Positions 58,361-64,000 of a DNA stretch of 64,000 bases are shown here, piece after piece. Origin of the DNA: a virus (taxonomy: Duplodnaviria; Heunggongvirae; Uroviricota; Caudoviricetes); the IMG/VR virus record IMGVR_UViG_3300025011_000002; one strand, given 5' to 3'. Positions within the stretch are counted from its first letter, which is position 1; each line of letters starts with the position of its first letter. The translations under genes and the position numbers were made by a program. The notes below the pieces were generated by a model, which saw only the letters and a program-made list of their open reading frames with translations, made no database searches and had not been told where the DNA came from.

Positions 58361-58741
58361 TTATACCCATCCTATAAATAAATTGTTATTATATTGTGCT
58401 GTTTGAGTTAAAACCAATGTATCATCTGATAAATAACTTTTCTTTTGATTTATACTATTATCTTCATTATAAGAAAATACTATATAGTTGTTATTTGTAT
58501 ATGTTTTTTGTATTACTTGGTTGTTGTCATTATAACCAAGAGAGAAATTACCAGAAAAAACATCTATATCTGCTTTTAGATTTAAAGCAGCAGACAAACC
58601 ATTTATAGTGGAAATATCCTGTGTATGTGATATCGGAGTTCTTGCATCTGAAAGTCTGAAATCATTTGTATCAACTTTGTTTAACAAGTCATTTGTCAAG
58701 CCTTTTATTTGATTTTGCTTTATTCTTTCTCTACCAGTCAT
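58361..58741 (-). CDS. hypothetical tail-associated protein
   Basis: 126 aa, N/Y/T-rich. Confidence 0.3.
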   Translation of the reverse strand: MTGRERIKQNQIKGLTNDLLNKVDTNDFRLSDARTPISHTQDISTINGLSAALNLKADIDVFSGNFSLGYNDNNQVIQKTYTNNNYIVFSYNEDNSINQKKSYLSDDTLVLTQTAQYNNNLFIGWV

Positions 58742-58744
58742 AAC

Positions 58745-61024
58745 TTATGTCCTTTTAAAGAGTAAAATATTAATAGTATTGGCTTTTAGCTCTACCGAAT
58801 TGTTAATAATACTAAGATTATTAAAATTATAAGAAATTTTTCTTATTTCAGAAGGATTAGCCTCGCTGTCATTAATATTTAAAACATTATAATCTAGCGG
58901 TAATCCTTCGCCAATAACAATACTTTTCTTGAACTCACAATTAGAAGGTAAATCCAAATTAATAGTCCTATCAGAACCTATGTTTACAATAATTACAGAC
59001 ATCTTGCCTGTATCATAAGTTGCTGCAATTTCTACATTATGATTATTGGATTCAGTCTTTAGAACATTTTTATAAATATATTTATTAAATAGCTTTATGA
59101 TGTGAGCTGTCGGTAAAAGGATAAAGGATTTTAGTTTATCTGTCTCAAAAGTTCTAAGCAGAACCCCAAAAGAATCAGATAAAAATTTAGAACTTGAAGT
59201 TGTATAAACGTCTAGTAATTCAAAATGACAGAGTTCCATAAAACCTAATGTATTGACTGCCGACAATATAGTTCTAGCATTAGCCAAAGCTCCTAAGTAT
59301 GATGACATATTTCTATCCGACAAATTAAAAGCGTTAAATTCTCCAACTATTATTTTTGGGTTAGTTACACCGCCATTAATTAAAGTTCTATAACAGTTAT
59401 CTCTGATTATTATATTATGTCCATTTAATGTTTGGTCAATACAATTTTCAAAAGTATTAAAAGTTGGGTTGTCGGAAGCTTTTTGATTTAAACTTTTTTC
59501 ATACGCAACAGAGTAATAATAATGTGGTGCATAATAAATATTTCCATCGTTTTTATAATTATCTAAATGTCCAGAAGCAAGCATGTCTTCGCCAAAAACA
59601 TGTCCCATTACATAATAAGCCCAATAATCTGAATCTCCTTCCGTAAAAGTAAGCATTACTTTTAAATTAGAATCGACTTCACGCATTTTTTCGATAAAAA
59701 CAGAAGCAAGCTGTGCATATTCAGAAGCTAAAAAATAATTGCTATAAGCCCCAATAGCGTAATCTTCATTACCTATTTCCCAATAAGCAATTAAATCTGC
59801 ATTTCCTGAATCATAAATATATTGAACTAATTCTTTGGCTGATGCAGCCATCTTATCAACTAATTCCCAATCTACATTACCACCGTTGCCTGTCGGATAA
59901 TCAGTATTTGTTAATAAATGAGTTCCATCTTTTGTAAAACTAATTGTTTTTGTTTCTTTGTCAAAATAAGCATGATTATTAACTTGCATTATTATTTTTA
60001 AATTATGCTCTCGGCAATAAGCCAGTATATCGTCGACAAACCACATATTTTCACGACTAATGTTTTTGAGATAAGAAGCTCTCCAAAAAGTCCAATTATT
60101 AAATCCTTCGATTAAATCGTTGTAAGGTATATCCCAAAAAAATGAAGCAACATATACACCTGAAGGAAACCTAAGCGTCTTTATTCCTAAAAATTTTGTA
60201 AAGTCTGCAAGAGTTTTTAATTGATTATTTTGTGTCATCAAATTGGTTGTTCCTGCTGAATTATTAGCATTAAGCCAATTTGAACTTATAAAGCTTGATT
60301 GAGGTAAAGTTTTTATTGTTTCGTTTTCAATAGTTACTATATTTTCAGTTATCTGACTGTCTTTAAAAGCTATTTCATAGTTGTCGCAAATGTCTTTCAT
60401 GGTTAAAACATCGTCATATAAGCGATAACTATATATTTTTACTGGCTTATTTTCAAAAGAAATAAGCTCAAAATCATAAGTATTTACATTATTTATCTTA
60501 TTTGAATTTATTTCCCACCCTGCTTGTATTTTATTGCTATACCCTACTAAATTATAGTTCTCGTCATAAGTTACAACAATATGATGAATTTTATCTCTCC
60601 TTAAGCAAGCCCTTGCACCTGTCATACAGTTTTTAAACCAGCCTACTCCTGTGAAGACAGCTTTTATCCAAAAATACCACACGTTGGCATAAGAATTGTA
60701 ATGTTCTACCATATCTTCCTCAATAGAACATGTTATTTCGATTGAAAACTTAGTACTTAACATTAATTTTTCAGAGTGCGGTATTCTTATTTTACTTAGT
60801 CCGTCACCTAAAAGCCTGACGTAAAAAGGTATATTGTCTCCATCTCCCAAAATTGCTTGACTTAAATTTTCAATTACTGCATTATCGGCAGCCTTATCAG
60901 GATTATAAATTTTTGCAAGGTTATACATACAAAAATTATCGACATCAAGACCGCTATCAGTATTATGATAGGCTCTTAAATCAATTATGCAGTTGTTTGG
61001 TTTTGCAGGAAGTATAAAAGACAT
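58745..61024 (-). CDS. large tail-associated protein with glycoside-hydrolase-like domain (depolymerase candidate)
   Basis: 759 aa. 'AYWEIGNEDYA' is an acid/base motif of TIM-barrel glycosidases. Lies among tail fibre genes. Confidence 0.35.
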   Translation of the reverse strand: MSFILPAKPNNCIIDLRAYHNTDSGLDVDNFCMYNLAKIYNPDKAADNAVIENLSQAILGDGDNIPFYVRLLGDGLSKIRIPHSEKLMLSTKFSIEITCSIEEDMVEHYNSYANVWYFWIKAVFTGVGWFKNCMTGARACLRRDKIHHIVVTYDENYNLVGYSNKIQAGWEINSNKINNVNTYDFELISFENKPVKIYSYRLYDDVLTMKDICDNYEIAFKDSQITENIVTIENETIKTLPQSSFISSNWLNANNSAGTTNLMTQNNQLKTLADFTKFLGIKTLRFPSGVYVASFFWDIPYNDLIEGFNNWTFWRASYLKNISRENMWFVDDILAYCREHNLKIIMQVNNHAYFDKETKTISFTKDGTHLLTNTDYPTGNGGNVDWELVDKMAASAKELVQYIYDSGNADLIAYWEIGNEDYAIGAYSNYFLASEYAQLASVFIEKMREVDSNLKVMLTFTEGDSDYWAYYVMGHVFGEDMLASGHLDNYKNDGNIYYAPHYYYSVAYEKSLNQKASDNPTFNTFENCIDQTLNGHNIIIRDNCYRTLINGGVTNPKIIVGEFNAFNLSDRNMSSYLGALANARTILSAVNTLGFMELCHFELLDVYTTSSSKFLSDSFGVLLRTFETDKLKSFILLPTAHIIKLFNKYIYKNVLKTESNNHNVEIAATYDTGKMSVIIVNIGSDRTINLDLPSNCEFKKSIVIGEGLPLDYNVLNINDSEANPSEIRKISYNFNNLSIINNSVELKANTINILLFKRT

Positions 61025-61033
61025 TATAACCTC

Positions 61034-61816
61034 TTAAAATACATAACTTATAATACCTAACGAATCTTTATATGCTAATTGATTTTGGTCTGTTGAATAA
61101 AAAAAAGAATTTATTGGAGCGTTTACCTCCGCTGAAGCTTTTGGTCGAAAAAATCCATCTCCAATATTAGGTTCTGCTGTAACAGCGTATATTTCTAATT
61201 CATCATCAGCTTCAAGTGCATCATCAAAAGTTAAAATATCTAAAATATAGCTTCCTAAATCATCTGCTGAATAATCTACACTATTAAGCTTAATTCTAAT
61301 ATTTGGATAAGCCTCATCAGTTACGAAAACTTTATTGCTGCCGTCAATATCTCCTGTAAAATTTACAGGTTGCGCTCCTGCTAGAAGATTTTGAGCTGAT
61401 GTTCCATTTATTACACTTACATTAAATTCGTTTGCGCTAAAATTTTGTGAAAAATTTCCATTAATATCTGCTTTTAAATTAATAGCTGTTTGCTGTGCTG
61501 TTGAAATAGGTTTATTAACATCTGATGTATTGTCAACGTTTGATAACCCTACTTGTGTTTTTGTAACAGAATGTGGATTAGATGTTGAACTTATATGATT
61601 TTGAATATTTGTACTTTTTGGCTCATAAACATTTGAATAATCTGGATTTACTTGTGCTCCATATTCTATTCCATCTAATTTATTTTTTTCTATTGTTGTA
61701 TAATCATTAGTAGATAATTGTTTCCCTGTAATTTTATCCACTTTATTATCAAGTAATGTTTCTATATTTTCAGAAGTAAAATAAGCATGACCGTTATAAG
61801 TTAATGCCCCATCCAC
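61034..61816 (-). CDS. tail fibre-like protein
   Basis: 260 aa, N/S/T-rich. Confidence 0.3.
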   Translation of the reverse strand: MDGALTYNGHAYFTSENIETLLDNKVDKITGKQLSTNDYTTIEKNKLDGIEYGAQVNPDYSNVYEPKSTNIQNHISSTSNPHSVTKTQVGLSNVDNTSDVNKPISTAQQTAINLKADINGNFSQNFSANEFNVSVINGTSAQNLLAGAQPVNFTGDIDGSNKVFVTDEAYPNIRIKLNSVDYSADDLGSYILDILTFDDALEADDELEIYAVTAEPNIGDGFFRPKASAEVNAPINSFFYSTDQNQLAYKDSLGIISYVF

Positions 61817-61860
61817 ATCTGTTAGTAGGTCAAGAACAGATAGATTATCGTGAATGTGGC

Positions 61861-62217
61861 TTAGAAAAAATTTCCTTTTATCTGCTCATCTAAATTACTT
61901 ATAGAATCAATTATAGAGTCAACATCTATTTTTATAGGGTCTTCTTTATCTAATTCATCTGGAGTCGTATATCTTTCATAAAGAAATAATGTCTTATAAT
62001 TCTTTGGAATTATTAATTTATATTTATATATACCAGTAGAAGTTTTCGTTACATCTGATACCTTAATTTCTTGTATCTGGTTGCCATTAACATCTTTTAA
62101 TTCAGCACAGAAATTTATAACATCAAAATAATTATCAAGAGTTAATTCATTTGTTCCTGTATAAAATTTTCTTGTTCTCCAATATTCATTACCTTGAATA
62201 ATACTATGTCTTGACAT
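61861..62217 (-). CDS. hypothetical protein
   Basis: 118-aa ORF. Confidence 0.3.
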   Translation of the reverse strand: MSRHSIIQGNEYWRTRKFYTGTNELTLDNYFDVINFCAELKDVNGNQIQEIKVSDVTKTSTGIYKYKLIIPKNYKTLFLYERYTTPDELDKEDPIKIDVDSIIDSISNLDEQIKGNFF

Positions 62218-62229
62218 ATCTTAAATACC

Positions 62230-62604
62230 TTATTTTTTTTCTAATAATTTCTCTGTTAAACTATCAAATTTAGAATGTAAATTATCTATTTTAATATCAG
62301 TTTTATTTGAATTATTTATTACTAATTCTAAAAGTTTATCATAATGCCAATGTTTGCTTTCGCATAAATCTTTTTTTTGAAATATACATTCATTAGAATC
62401 TTTTAAGTCTTCAATTTTTTTATTTAGTTCTTCATAATTATTATCTAATACTTCAGTCATTTCGGTCTTTAAATCCCCAATGCTTTTTGTAATATCTTCT
62501 TTTCTTGCAAAACCTACTTTTATTAAAACTAAACTAATAACAGTTATTACGCCTATTAATATAAATGCTTCTATATTTGGTGCTGTTAAAATTTGTTCTA
62601 TCAT
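62230..62604 (-). CDS. membrane-anchored coiled-coil protein
   Basis: N-terminal TM 'IEAFILIGVITVISLVLI', remainder K/E/L-rich. Confidence 0.3.
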   Translation of the reverse strand: MIEQILTAPNIEAFILIGVITVISLVLIKVGFARKEDITKSIGDLKTEMTEVLDNNYEELNKKIEDLKDSNECIFQKKDLCESKHWHYDKLLELVINNSNKTDIKIDNLHSKFDSLTEKLLEKK

Positions 62605-62672
62605 TTTATATAACTTTCTTTGTTAAAATGCATGCCGTATATATACTATATCTAATATATTTAAAATATTTG

Positions 62673-63560
62673 TTACTGTTTTAAATAAGTAATAATTTTA
62701 TTTATATCTTTTATCCAAATTGTTGAAATATATGAGTCTGCTAAATCCTTTAGCCCTCGTAGGTTTTTATCGCTAACATTATCCATACTTTCAAATTCTG
62801 TAGGACAATCAAATTGAAATCTAAAATATTTTTCATTATCTAATAATTCAGATAAAATATCATGTGTTTTTGAAGTTATTCTATCCATAGTTTCAGGAAT
62901 TAAATGTTTTGCAAAATCATCCCACCAAAACTTTGCAATATCTTTTTGAGACATTTTATCTACTAAAGTGCCAGTTCCTAAACTAACTACAAATAAATCT
63001 TCAAGTTTAGCATCAGTATGTTTTATAGTTTTTACTATCGCTAAGTCAGTTGGGTTTGAGGCATATAGACCGCCATCAAAGCATCCTTCAGAAGCACTAA
63101 AAAATGTTTCTGCTGCGGATGATTTTCTTGTTGCTTGCCATAATTTTATTGATTTTGTTTCAAATGTTGAAAATATAACTCCTTGTCTATTTGACCAATC
63201 ATCCGTAGGAATTAAAAGGTCAATTAAACAATCCCCAAAAGTTTTATCCCCAAAGGTATCTTTTAAAACATTCTCAATATTATTTGAATCATATTTTGGA
63301 CAATGTGTTCCAATAGAATGAAACAAATCTTTTGAAAATATTTTTTTTATTTTATCGCCTATATAAAAACTTATAATATTTTCTACAGGTTCTCCTATTG
63401 AAAGTAATGCTGCTATTATTGCTCCTGTTGAAGTTCCAGCTATTACATCGAACATCTGATATATTTGTTTACCAGTTCTTTTTTCTAAAACATATAAAAT
63501 ACATAAAGGAATAAGACCTCTGCATCCTCCGCCATCAATAGATAATATTTTAGTAGTCAT
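62673..63560 (-). CDS. patatin-like phospholipase
   Basis: Oxyanion 'IDGGGCRGLIP', nucleophile elbow 'AGTSTGAII' (GxSxG), catalytic Asp 'FDGGLYASNP' (DGG). Confidence 0.7.
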   Translation of the reverse strand: MTTKILSIDGGGCRGLIPLCILYVLEKRTGKQIYQMFDVIAGTSTGAIIAALLSIGEPVENIISFYIGDKIKKIFSKDLFHSIGTHCPKYDSNNIENVLKDTFGDKTFGDCLIDLLIPTDDWSNRQGVIFSTFETKSIKLWQATRKSSAAETFFSASEGCFDGGLYASNPTDLAIVKTIKHTDAKLEDLFVVSLGTGTLVDKMSQKDIAKFWWDDFAKHLIPETMDRITSKTHDILSELLDNEKYFRFQFDCPTEFESMDNVSDKNLRGLKDLADSYISTIWIKDINKIITYLKQ

Positions 63561-63573
63561 TTAATTTTCCTTA

Positions 63574-64000
63574 TTATATCTGTGGAGTATATTGTTCTAT
63601 AATTGATTGAGCATACGCATCTTTTTCTTCTGGAGTCATATTAAATACTTGAATTACAAGTTCATCTGGAGCTGTTTTAATCATATTAGATATATTAACA
63701 ATAGTTTGAGTTAAATTATTTACCGTATTAGTTAAGAAGGTATTTAATCTTAATAGTTCTTCTTCTGTTATAGGAACAAATTCATCTAAATAAGGCTCTT
63801 CAGCATGTGTTAAATGAACAAATCTTACATTAGTGACAATAATATTATTTTCATTATCTTTTAAATCTTGAGGGATTGTATTTTTTACTACAATCCATTG
63901 ATTTAAAGTAGAATCTTGTAAATCTGTTTCAATATTTATTGAACCATCTCCAGCTTTATTTATACTAACTATAAATTTTTCTTTTTTCTTTTCAAGTATT
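63574..64000 (-). CDS. hypothetical protein, N-terminus beyond window end
   Basis: Open minus-strand frame from the window edge to the TAA at 63574-63576. Confidence 0.3.
   Translation of the reverse strand, partial: ILEKKKEKFIVSINKAGDGSINIETDLQDSTLNQWIVVKNTIPQDLKDNENNIIVTNVRFVHLTHAEEPYLDEFVPITEEELLRLNTFLTNTVNNLTQTIVNISNMIKTAPDELVIQVFNMTPEEKDAYAQSIIEQYTPQI

Noticed and set aside
62968-63321. Plus-strand 117-aa ORF inside the patatin gene
   Set aside because: Antisense to a CDS with complete catalytic motifs; no motif of its own.
1-64000. CRISPR arrays, and a eukaryotic giant-virus origin
   Set aside because: No regularly spaced direct repeats of 24-40 bp were seen. The tRNA structures (long-arm tRNA-Tyr, U1-A72 tRNA-Gln), sigma-70 factor and DnaE/DnaB/DnaG point to a bacteriophage rather than an NCLDV.

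Overview
Very AT-rich window (roughly a quarter GC by eye, not computed) that reads as a segment of a large bacteriophage genome, probably from an anaerobic, AT-rich bacterial host. Bacterial-type features include a long-variable-arm tRNA-Tyr, tRNA-Gln with a U1-A72 pair, a sigma-70-family factor, DnaE/DnaB/DnaG replication proteins and class III anaerobic RNR (NrdD/NrdG). Gene order has two strand switches. (i) 1..34520 is all minus strand. It carries RNA ligases (Rnl-type and RtcB) and a 10-tRNA array interrupted by HNH endonucleases. It also carries NrdDG split by a GIY-YIG gene, dUTPase, a sigma factor, DnaE, a CCA-adding enzyme, a macro domain and a metallophosphoesterase. Further genes there are a RuvC-like protein, a DNA ligase, a SAM decarboxylase, a DnaB helicase and an SPFH protein. 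(ii) A divergent AT-rich region (34520..34957) with a perfect 20-bp inverted repeat and three iteron-like repeats is an origin/promoter candidate. (iii) 34958..56210 is all plus strand. It carries thymidine kinase, a DnaG primase holding a LAGLIDADG intein, and a UvrD-like helicase. It also carries a GDP-heptose-type nucleotide-sugar cluster (epimerase, DNA MTase, HddC, HddA, GmhA, TagF-like protein, glycosyltransferases) and an NAD+ salvage island (PRPP synthetase + NadV + amidohydrolase + PD-(D/E)xK nuclease) bracketed by duplicated gene copies. (iv) 56378..64000 is minus strand with tail fibre/tailspike-like beta-helix and glycosidase proteins and a patatin-like phospholipase. Selfish elements are abundant: at least 11 homing-endonuclease-like genes, including a five-member dispersed paralog family, plus the intein. 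No CRISPR array. All calls rest on motif recognition by eye; no database search was run.
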